Shown in pieces: positions 52,854-64,000 of a DNA stretch of 64,000 nt. The translations under genes were made by a program, and so were the position numbers. The stretch is from Tubiluchus corallicola (Eukaryota; Animalia; Priapulida), in NCBI GenBank assembly GCA_030141605.1, contig JAQGDQ010000140.1, positions 62,001 through 126,000 on the forward strand, in the 5' to 3' direction. Position 1 is the first letter of the stretch; the number at the start of each line of letters is the position of its first letter. The notes beneath the pieces were generated by a model, which worked only from the letters and a program-made list of their open reading frames with translations, ran no database searches and had not been told where the DNA came from.

Positions 52854-55800
52854 CTAAAACGAAACGTAGTTTTGAGTTAAATTCAATTCATTTCAATTTT
52901 GACATGGCAACAATGCACATACACTAACAGAATTACTAAAATATCTGTAAACTATAATTTTTTATCATCGGTGTACTTTGTCAAGAATGCAAATAATTTC
53001 ATGCAAATACAATTTCATAATAATTTCATGTCAATGCTGTAATATATAGGTAATGCCTATACTTTTCAATCCAATTCACTATTAAGCCACTAGGTACATC
53101 GCCGTAACCACCTATGTGCAAATAGCAATAGATTACATTAAGTCCTCGCTTAACAACTCCCCATTTAACGACGTTTCATTTAATGACGCATATCATTTGA
53201 TACCTTTTTGGGCTTGACGACGCACATTTCGCTTTAACGACAATTTTTTTACTTTGCTAAAGGTAAGGTCGCCCGATGGCTCAGTTTTGACTCTGTAGTG
53301 TTTATTGTTCAATCGCTGACTAGAGTTAAATGTTAATGAAAGAAAAAACGCTATAGCTAGGTATTGGTAAATAAAATATATAGGTGGTTTCAGGCAAACA
53401 GGAAGACATTAATCAGCAGAAATATAAATAAAACTCGTAGAATGTTTAACCTATATTAAGCAGTATTGATTTTTGTCTCTGGAATGTATCTCAATTCTTT
53501 TACATTACTTTCCATGGAAGTCTTGGCTTCGTTTAATGATGTTTCGCTTAACGTCGCGTTTTGTTGGAACGCATTAGCATTGTTAAGCGAGGACTTACTG
53601 TATAAAAAACCTCAAAAAACAACTGTATGTCAAACTTTATTAATGAACTGTTTGAAAATATGTAAAGGGAAATAAAAAAAAGGGTAAACTCAAATTTAAA
53701 TTTTTTATCCAGCAGAAAAAACCTGTAGAAAAGCATCGTTTCACAAAAACAACCATGTTCTACACACATCGTGCTAAATGATTTTAATATAAACGGGTAA
53801 CAATGTTTTATTTATTCTGAAGTGAATGCACAAAACTGTATTTAAAAGAACACCAAAAAATAGTGTTAAAAAAACTTCTAAAGAAAAGAACGAATCTAGC
53901 AATGTGGGTGCCAAATTGGCATTTCAGAAAATGGGCACCTTTACTGCATACAAGGAAAACACAACTGGTCTGACAAATCCATCGGGCAACAGTCCACCGA
54001 ATTCAAGACTGAAAACGTCGCTTGATTTCGCAAAGTGGGTAAAATTGACTTCTTACTTAGTAATGGTTACCAGACTATCGAAATTCAGACAGTTTGCGTT
54101 CAAATTTTCTGATTCACGTTTGCTTGTGAGAAAGTAAGAAATCACCAAATAAGAGCCAGAAAGCCAATTCTTGCATTGCATAACTTTCCACACTGAAGTG
54201 ACCAAAGGTTTGAGTCTAGGTTAGCCTCTTTTTTTCACAAGATACTTCTGAGCCCCCTCTTACAGTGTAGCAATGAATGTTGGTCCTCTTTAATGACCTT
54301 ACATCATTTTGCTGTGTGTCACTGTTGCTTTTCCACTGATATCATATTGATTGTAGCTTTCAAATGCCTGTGTTTGAGGACATCTTCATATTTCCAGGGG
54401 CATCCTCGTCTTCAAAAGAGGTAGAAGAGATAGTATTGCATAATTTTCCAAAGTAAAGTTACCAAAGGCTCAGTTTCTGATCTCTTCTTTGTTAGTATTG
54501 TCAAGAAAGCTGACCATTCACAGCTATTGCTGACAGGAAGATGCTGCGGATTAAACCTGCTGACAGCCATTCTGAGGAATTCTTTTAACAAAGTGGCCTT
54601 TGCACTGGCTTTTTCTACTGTGAAGCACAATTCCTCTGGAGATTTTTAAAAGTTTTTCGAGATGCCAAGTTGAAGGCTCATTAATGGATATGAGTGCAAC
54701 ACAATGTGCAGAGTACAAGTGTAAACTGCAAGCAAGACTTTTAGTCTTAATCTCAGGTTTGTGTCACTGATGTCACATGATAGCCAAGATTTTAGTTTGT
54801 CAAACACAACAGAGGCAACCTGAATCCTGCTTCACAGACCTGTGCTACTTCACTACCATTCACTACAAGATGACCCAGCAGTCTTGGTCAAGTGCCTCTT
54901 CACATTCTAGTCGAGCTCAGTTATGTCCAGTGTTGACCGATGTAAAACTAGAAGTAACAGCAATGATTGTTTTGCCAGTTCTTGTAAATGTAAGAACTCA
55001 TTCCTTGTGTATACACATCACAGGAAGCTAAAACAGAAGACTTGTCAAGCTGCTAGTTAATAGTAATGTACACTGATCTGTCTCATCCAACATCCAGAAC
55101 ATATGTGGCAGACCTACGCCTTGGCAGCCAGTCTTGCAAAGTGGATCGAATGACCGATAAGAAAGTGATATTTAATTTTGTACTATTTTTTAACACTGAG
55201 CTCAGTAAAAAAACCAGACCTTCTTGTTCGTGCCACGATGAAATTCATGAATTACTTTCCGAAAAACTTCTGAATAGCCGTATCTTGATTACAGAGGTTT
55301 CACGCACAAGTCTGTGTAGAACACAGAAATCTACAGTGAAAAGTATCAGCAAAAATGTGTCATTTGTCTAGCACTATCTAAATTCCTTGCCATTTCCTTT
55401 CCGAGAAAGTGATAACACAAAATTACAATACGATTTTTATAATCATTCTTGCTGTTCTTCGGCTAATAAACCGTAATGATTACACCATTCTTGAGCTCCG
55501 GCAAATTCTAGCCAATCATCAAAAAATTCTAAAAGCCTGAAGCAAAAAAAGAAATTTCTTTGTTCTCAAGGCATTGCATGTATCAATTTTTCGAGAGTTT
55601 CCAGAATTTGCTGCATGAATAACATTTAGAGAAAAAATTATTCATGTTTCTTGACGATACATTAATCAGTAGATGAGGGCGTTACCATAGCTCATTGAGA
55701 ATAGTTCTTAAAAGGACTCCTGGCTCTTGCTGTTTATCATTTATTTCATTCATATCTGCATAATTTTGGTTTGTGTGTGGCACAGTGGCCAAGCACTGCG

Positions 55801-58800
55801 GTGCATAGTTGCTGATCCAGATGTTTCATGTTGAATCCCACTGATGACGAAATTTTAACGAGTTGTATTCCACGCTAACAGAACTTTCCGGCCGCTTTCA
55901 TGGGTCTACGCTGGCAATGCGCTGCTTTAAATGATTACCTTTTCACGCACTCCTGAAAGAAGGTAGCCAACTAACTACCTGTCATTTTTGTGTGCTGAGG
56001 TTACAAAAATAGACGCCAAAGCCAAAACCTTCTGGCATGGGTCTGTCTCCTTTGTTTCGGCAGTATACATTTGAACTATCACAAATTTTTTTAAATACTC
56101 CTTAGAACATTTACACGTATAAACAGTACTTTAATTTTCCTAACTTTGAACTTACCTATTTTAACTGTGTAGCTAATTCAAGTATTTTCAGTTTTTAACT
56201 GATAAATGCCTATCAAAACAGTTTGAAAGTCTGAAACTGAAACATTTTTATACAGTTAAAGACTTGTTGTAAACGAGATTGTAAGCAAGCAAAAGCTTGT
56301 CAACCATTTTAACACTTAAATATATTGAGAGGTTTGGTAGCAGCACATCCCTGTAAAATAATATTTCTAAGAACTATATGGATGCTATACGACATCATGA
56401 ACAAAATAAATGACTACGTCCAACATGTATTATAACAAACAATGTTTACATTTAATCAACATTCTGTTTATAAAACTATCACAAAAGAAAAAACACTGTA
56501 TTTAGAAAGTAAGTATCAAAACAGAACACATGAATACATAAAGATAAATACATAAATCGGTGTGCTTCAGTAACACTAAATAAGACAAGTAGTCGATCTT
56601 GTACGTCAAAATATCGAAAAATTAAGACTTACCCGATCGCATGTTGCATATCAAAACACAACACATGAATACATAAAGATAAATACATAAATCGGTGTGC
56701 TTCAGTAACACTAAATAAGACAAGTAGTCGATCTTGTACATCAAAATATCGAAAAATTAAGACTTACCCGATCGCATGTTGCAGCTGCATAACCAACGAA
56801 GCCTGTCGATTCTTTTCAAGTGTTATCTACACAATAAATTAACAATCAATGGTCTTACAAGTGGTCAGTGGTCATAGTCACTGGTCTTACAAGTGGTCAA
56901 TGGCCACAGTCAGTGGTTACAATCAGTAGTCTTACAAGTGGCCAATGGCCAAAATCAGTGTTGCTGTGTTATAAAGCTTTGCTTCTTGACCACCATGAAG
57001 CATCTATTTCTTGTTGATAAACTATTATGTACTTAATATACTTCTGTTAAATTTTTGTAATTATATTTGGAATTTTTCCCTAGCTATACCACACTATAGT
57101 ACACTAATGTAGTTCTGTAAAAAATTATTGTAACTATATTTCATTTTCCTAGTTATAGTGTATATTATAAAGATAATAATGCAAGTTCAATGTAAAAATA
57201 CATGCTGAAGTGATAATAAATTACAAATTACAATAATTACAAATCGAAGGTAGTTCATAATGCATTAAGTACACAATTAAAACCTGGATAATAATAATTA
57301 AACCGTAAATTAAATGTGCTGTACTCAGCAGCAACTGATTGCAAAACTGGTTTGCAGAGATAGACTTCCTAAGTAGTGTACATAACTAAATTATTCATGT
57401 AGGAAGGTCTTTCGGTCACCCAAGTAAATGTACAACACACTGCACTAGCTACGCACGAACGATACTACGTACAGGTAACATATCAGTTCCAACAGTGAAA
57501 TTCACAAGCTTACTGGCCGAAACATTTTCTTTTTTCATCACATACACAAATGTCGCCAAATTAACAATCTAAAGACTAAAAATGTGTTTGTTTTTTGAAG
57601 AAATGAACATTTTTGGAGCAGATCTCAAAATTTCTTACAGCATAAATTATAAAACTCTTGAAAAAACATGCTATGCACTACAAAAACAATTACATGCCCC
57701 AATGTGCTACTTGAAATTTGGAGATTAATTCTGCATCACAGCTTTCAACTAGCGCAGTACATAAAGTTACAAATATGTCATGAACAAGACTTTGTTGATT
57801 AAAATTTTTCTTCAAAAATTGAAGGAGTTACCTTATATGCAAATGCTTGTTTCAAAAAACTTTGTAGATACTGATAATGCCTGATGGAAATTATTTTGAA
57901 ATGAAATGGTACACACGGCAAAACGAATAGCCCAATGTTATCGTATGTGGTTTGCAAATGAACGTAAGCAACACCAAAGCTGGTCAGCAAATGGATGGAT
58001 AACTGACTGGTTCAATACTCGCCGTAGGCAGTTTTATTCACCATACTGATTTTGGGCATTACCTCATTCAAGGTTCATCGATGAAGGATGTATTACCATT
58101 ATTACAATGCAAACCCGGCCAACATACACACAGACACACACATCTCTGCTGGTTCAGTAATTGATCCTATAAGATTATCCTTGACAATGAGCCAGGTTCC
58201 AGTCCAGCCACAGTTTTCAACATTAAGGGCTGCCACTGTGTGCCATTCCAGAATCATGAAAACATTAATGCCAGTTGAAAAATGTGTCATCCTAGTAAGA
58301 GAAAAGAATTCAGTACAATATTACTTTTTGCAAAAAAAAACATTACAAATTAAAGCAAAATTCGTCAGAAACCAAAGTAAGTAATAGCCTCACCCGTAAA
58401 GTACTTGGCTCTAGTACAAAACCGTGTCGCCGGGCCGATTCCTGAATTTCTTCCTTGGTGAATATAGCATGTTTCCTGAAAACAATATGTCGGATTAAAG
58501 CACCAAAATATACACGAATAAGAAAAATAGCAAGTTGGAACATACCAAGGTAAATTCACTAATTAAATGCCATTATTAAAGTTCAATTAATTAGTTTATA
58601 AGCAACTGCAAAGCTGCCAGTGTCCTGTATGACATGTAAAAAAAGTTGTGATGTTATACAGAACATTTTTATTTACCATTTATGAGATTGCTTTTATCAG
58701 AAATATAAAAATTTTGATAAAAATTGAGCAACAAAAGTTAATTTAAACATTGAAAACATGATAATTACTCTTTGATTTTTAATGCCTTACATCGGTTGTT

Positions 58801-60050
58801 TCGTTCCTGTTTTCCTTTTACAATTAACTTAATGTTGAGGATCCATCTGTGTCTCGTGTCCCAGTGGTAAAACTAAAGTTTATATGTAGTACTTGAGTTT
58901 GCATCCACACAAACGAAAACACAACACAAGAAAGCAAAGTCGAGTGCTGCCCCAGGCAGGTCAAGCTCTACCTAAGGCACTGAGCAAGAAGGACTTGCTG
59001 GATCCGAGCATATTAGTATTTCTATTCTAGTTTCTATTGTAATTATTTCAGTTGTTTGAACTTGTCATATTCAGTTCTTCGTTTTCTTCTTCTGATGCTT
59101 AACGTACAAGCATTTAAAACCAGGTTAGCATTTATTTACTATTAAGGCCAGTGTGAACCTGACTTAATAAATTTTAATTTTGTAGCCAAGGTGGCTCCAT
59201 CTAGCTAGAAATTTTAAAGTGTGGGCATTGACCTAGTTAGGTTTTTATTATGCTGTTCTGTAGTATGAGTGAACATGTGTCTAGTGCAAGTTAGCGGAAT
59301 TTTTCATTAGAGATATGCCGCAACGATAAATAAAGATCAGTGGTTCACATGAAAATTCAACTGAGACTTTTGAAGTTGTCGTAAATGCCTCTCAGAGACA
59401 CTATTTACGGCTACTATTTTCACACACAAAGTTCTCACACTACAGTTACAACGCATGCTTACAGTGAAATTATAACACAGAGTTCCAACATTATTCTAAT
59501 CAGAATAGAAAAACTTTGTTAAAGTCCATAGCTGCTCAATGGCCTACTGACCGTGTACTAAGCTTGTACTCTACTTTTCAAAAATATAGGACATTATTCT
59601 AAAAAATATAGGACATTTTTTAAAAAAATAGGAATTATAGGACATTTTTCCTTAAAGACGAAGGTTTCTAACCTTACACTACAGCAATTTTCACAATTTC
59701 TTTGCAAAAGTAAATGCTCTATAATTGTGGACTCCATTACTATTCTGCATACAACAACTGACATCATTACAAAATTTTAAAAAGCACTTGAAGGCACACC
59801 TGTTAAAGCAGCATTATGGATAATAGCTTTACCTGTATATGTTTATGTGTGAATTATGTTGGCAACAATTTTATGATGGCTCTTAAAATCATCTTATAAT
59901 CCTATAGCACTATTTACAAATGTAGTAAATCATGTGATTTTAGAATACTTAATTCTGTAATAATTGTATGTGTAACTGCAAGTTATAACAGACTTTTTAA
60001 TTTAGAGTGCATCCAGATCACTTGATGTGATGCACTACATAAATAATAAA

Positions 60051-60144
<94 letters not shown>

Positions 60145-60319
60145 TACTACTAATACTACTACTACTACTACCACTACCACTACCACTACCACTACTACCA
60201 CTACCACTACCACTACCACTTCCACTACCACTACCACTACCACTACCACTACCACTACCACTACAACTACCACTACCACTACCACTACAACTACTACTAC
60301 TACTACTACTACCACTACA

Positions 60320-60375
<56 letters not shown>

Positions 60376-61924
60376 TACTACTACTACTACTACTATTATT
60401 ATTAGTTAACACTTACATTTGAATGTGCTCTTGTGAAACCATGTGAACAGAGCACTCCTGAGCCGAAGCAAATGGCAACCTGCGAAAAAACAAAATCTTA
60501 AAAATTTTTATTTCATTTCAATTTATTTTCCTGTTTCATTTCTGAAAACGCCCTGGAACGCATACCTTTTATGAGTTATTACGCATACTTCCTCAGTTAA
60601 CCATAATCATTTATAATGGTATAAAAGTTCGAAACGCTTTTGTTAAATGTTAAAGTGATGTGACATTAGAGGGTGCAAATCAAAAACCAACGTTGAAGCA
60701 GCAACTTATAAGATGACAACACAACACAGCATTGTATGTGGTCTAATATAGTAGGTGCAACTTGATTATGTTTCACACTTTGCTATTTTTAAAAGCTAGG
60801 TGGGTATGCCTAATAGAAAATAAAAAAATAAAGAGCCTCTTCAGCAAAGTGAAGTGGAACATTTCCCGTTTGCAATAATCTTTTCACAGTTTCAGTGATT
60901 GATAGTGATCATGGAAAGCAAAAGTCAAACGTACCAGACTACGCATTTGTGTACACTTGACAACACCTCGCAGCCCATGCTATTGTAACAGTACGAGTTT
61001 TAACAGCTAGCTAGAGCCTTACCTAGTTCATTTTTTCTGGTTTCCAAACAAGATCCTGCTAGTAAATCACTGTACACACAGAGTAATGCATAATCAAATA
61101 ATGTCCACATAAAAAAAAAACTGATGCGGCAGATGGCTCTGCTTTACCCACATGTAGTTAAGACATGTTGCTGTGGTACACTTAACCATTGACCTACAGC
61201 AACTGTACATGTGCACAATGAAACTGTGAAAAGGCTTACTGCCATAAATAAAACTGTCTCAAGTCTGTAGAACAGTGTGTGATAGAACAAATGAGACAAT
61301 TTTCAACCTGCGTTCAAATTTACTAAAAATTGAAACTTGTGCAACTTAGGTTGCTGACACATTTCCCACTTTCATGCATGGAAATGTGGAAAATAATTTG
61401 GACCAAGTTTATTTTTGAATGTGCACTTTTTCCACAGCAGAGGTTAACCATTATCAATGTAAAACAGGTTCTAGTAAAACAGCTGATTATGCAATAGCTA
61501 CAAAAGCTTATAACTGGTGGCTGAAAAAATTGACAGAGGGTGTAGCACATAACTATAAAAATTTTACATTAAATGTTTTGTCAGCGGCTTGAAACAAAGA
61601 GAAACAAAAAAGGGTAGCAGACTATACTACAAGAGTGGATCGCTAAAAAAGTGGAGGAGTTCAACCTCCGCCCGGTCAAAGAAGCCACATCACTTACAGA
61701 CATTTGCGACAGAAAAACTTCGTTTCTTTCAGTTGCATTCCGTCTGCAGAAGTTTTCACTGAGCGGTCACTAGGAATGTCTCTTTTCTTCAGCAAATGAC
61801 GCGACTCAGCGGTCGCCCTTCCATGACCAGCTTCGGAAGGATGTTTCCTTTTTTGTGGATCGTTCAATTCAGCAGAGTCATCCTGTTTGGCTTCATTTCC
61901 ATGCCCATGGCGATAATCATGAAC
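52175..61924 (-). CDS. Gene B: matrin-type C2H2 finger plus multi-CCHC zinc-knuckle protein (5'-partial, at least 369 aa)
   Basis: Exons 61924-61698, 60479-60417, 58475-58394, 56826-56768, 52853-52175; GT..AG, phases 0/2/2/0/2, no stops; gives CRKCLLPFASAQECSVHMVSQEH followed by 7 CX2CX4HX4C motifs. Confidence 0.8.
53136..53600. mobile_element. Tc1/mariner (pogo/Tigger-like) MITE
   Basis: TIRs cattaagtcctcgcttaacaa / ttgttaagcgaggacttactg, flanked by TA on both sides. Confidence 0.8.
55779..56072 (+). mobile_element. Degenerate tRNA-derived SINE
   Basis: A-box-like ggcacagtggcc and B-box-like gttgaatccc at tRNA spacing, followed by a GC-richer body. Confidence 0.35.
56514..56783. repeat. 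135-bp tandem duplication that includes a gene B splice donor
   Basis: 56514-56648 vs 56649-56783, two substitutions seen. Confidence 0.92.
56768..56826 (-). CDS. Gene B exon (ITLEKNRQASLVMQLQHAI)
   Basis: tattgtgtag acceptor, GG|gtaagt donor, phase 0->2. Confidence 0.7.
58394..58475 (-). CDS. Gene B exon (KHAIFTKEEIQESARRHGFVLEPSTLR)
   Basis: ttgttttcag acceptor, CGG|gtgagg donor, phase 2->0; similar to 34323-34413. Confidence 0.85.
60053..60403. repeat. Compound (TAT)n/(TAC)n/(TACCAC)n microsatellite
   Basis: Read directly; source of the poly-V/I/L/S/N ORFs. Confidence 0.95.
60417..60479 (-). CDS. Gene B exon (LPFASAQECSVHMVSQEHIQ, second half of finger)
   Basis: ttttttcgcag acceptor, AT|gtaagt donor, 63 nt, phase 2->2. 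Confidence 0.85.
61698..61924 (-). CDS. Gene B exon (VHDYRHG...KFFCRKC)
   Basis: ORF 61694-61930; attttgaag acceptor, CT|gtaagt donor, phase 0->2. Confidence 0.85.
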
Positions 61925-62174
61925 CTTCAAAATAAATTAATGGTTCTAAAAAATATTCAATAAATTAAATTGTCTAGCTAACGAAAAAATTAGAGATATT
62001 TAACTACTTGATAATTATTGGAAAATAATCGACTTACAAATTTTTTTTAGATTCTTGATGGAATGCGGCATGTCGATTGATCGAATAATGTTGTGTAGTG
62101 TGCAACTACATGCTGTCCTATAAAGCTACTGGAATAAAACTATCATTGTTTTTGCAACTACATGCACAGTAAAG

Positions 62175-62441
62175 TGTTGACTGAGTCACTGCATTTGCAT
62201 TTGAAAGTCTTGCATTCTGCTGACTGCAAGCTGCAGCCACAAGTCACTAGGTTAGACTGAAGACTGAGCAACACTAACCGCAGAGCGCTGTTAACTGGTA
62301 ACTTGAGATGTTGACTGAGTCACTGCATTTGCATTTGAAAGTCTTGCATTCTGCTGACTGCAAACTGCAGCTACTAGTCACTAAGTTAGACTGAAGACTG
62401 AGCAACACTAACTGCAGAGCGCTGTTAACTGGTAACTTGAG
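62175..62441. repeat. 134-bp tandem duplication
   Basis: tgttgactgagtcactgcatttgc... at 62175 and 62309. Confidence 0.92.
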
Positions 62442-62909
62442 GTGACAAACAAGTTCCTAAGTTATCGTATGAATTCAAGTCACTCAACATGAAGCAGAAT
62501 ATGAGTAAGACTGAAGGTCCATAACCACTGAAAAAACCACTAAAAAGCAGTTTATTGATCAATGCCAGTTTAAAAATATGCCTTATTATATCTATACATT
62601 AAATTATCATTATACATACTGCAGCATCTACAACACTGGATTTACTACAGGGAACTTTCTTAGAGATTTTGAGGGTTAAGTTATCACCTGCATGCAAACA
62701 CTGCTCTATTAAAGATATCAATTATTTCTAATTATCAACAGATATCAATTTGAATATGGCACAACTACTGTTCAATTCATCAACATGATCTAGAACCATC
62801 GGTAAACATCTCTAGAAAAAAAAACCCAAAATTCAGATAGAAAAATATGATGCTTCAAACTACCACTGTAATTTACCTCATGAAAAAAGATCACATAGAA
62901 ACACTAATG

Positions 62910-63589
62910 CAGGAAGTCCTTGTTTAATGACTCCCCTTTCAGCGACGTTTCGTTTTAATGACGCTGAACGTTTTTCTCACTTAACGACACACCTTTTAAT
63001 TTTAACGATGATTTTTTTTCTTTGTTCAGAGCTATTTTTTATTTTATCAAATTTTTTTACCTGATTTGAAGCATTAAAATGGTACATATTGCATTATTTT
63101 GTTTTAAAAACACATTAGTAAATAGTGCGGTTATTATGATGTTTTCGCCTGCTGATTGACTATGTACAAAATTCTAGTAGCCATTTGTACAAAACCCGAG
63201 TTTAAACTTTATGCCAAGGAATTTTGTTTGTAAGCTGTTGCTACAACAACCAGATTAGTGCTACATGAAATCGTCTCAAGGCCACTCCAGGCAGAGCTTG
63301 GCTTTCACTACGTAGGTTTTAACACTCAGTGCTTAAACGGGACGAGAAAAAAAATCGCTACCAAGTCTATGTAGATATTGTTACAAAAGATAGGTAGTTT
63401 CAAACAAACAGAAAGAAATTAAATAGTAGAAATATGAATAAACCTCGTAAAATTTTTAATTTATGTTATTTAAGCAGTAATTGATTTTTGGTTCTGGAAC
63501 GCATCTCAATTTGTCTACATTACTTCCTACGGAAGCTTTGGTTTCGTTTAACGTCGCATTATGCGGGACCGCTAAGCGAGGACTTACTG
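62910..63589. mobile_element. Second, diverged copy of the same pogo/Tigger-like MITE family
   Basis: caggaagtccttgtttaatgac...aagcgaggacttactg+ta; shares internal blocks with 53136-53600. Confidence 0.75.
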
Positions 63590-64000
63590 TATTAATTTTT
63601 TAGGGAATACAGTAGGACTATGCACTTTATTACATGAAGATGTTACATTTAAAAAGGGGCACACAATCACATCATCTGTGACTGTAGCCACTGGTTTTAT
63701 ATTTCTGTGTTTTTCCTTTCTTATTGCTTATTTACTGACATTGGTGTAAAAGCAAAATTTTTAGAGCTTGTGCTTGGTTACAAATCGACAGTTACGTTTA
63801 CAAGTAATATTATTCATTGTTATTATAGTACATAATAAACTGCCTAATGTTGTTAAAGGAAGAACCAACCTTCGAACAACATTTTTTGCATTTTTATGTG
63901 CAATACAAAATATGCGCAATGTAAAAGGAATTTAAATATCTCCCACCAAACGAACATCGATGCCGGCATATTTTAAAAAAAAAAATGACGTAAACTAGTG

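Noticed and set aside
57830-58291. Extra gene B exons or a transporter-like fragment
   Set aside because: The phase-0 reading after 58394 hits stops in both candidate exons, and the motif resemblance is too weak.

Overview
AT-rich, intron-rich eukaryotic (probably invertebrate animal) genomic DNA with no prokaryotic features. Most ORF-track entries are repeat-derived or spurious. Manual splice reconstruction gives two minus-strand zinc-finger genes. Gene A (773-39457, 22 phase-consistent exons, at least 1345 codons, running off the left edge) has 8 mostly U1/matrin-type C2H2 fingers, each cut by a phase-2 intron in the codon right after the second Cys, plus an RS-rich exon and a 96-bp coding repeat. 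Gene B (52175-61924, 5 exons seen, 5' end off the right edge) shares one finger module with gene A but ends in a single exon with 7 CCHC knuckles. A decayed C2H2-like gene may lie between them. Introns hold a 5S rRNA-derived SINE with target-site duplications inside a 2138-bp tandem duplication, many mini- and microsatellites, MITEs and a probable Gypsy relic. All gene models come from sequence inspection only.
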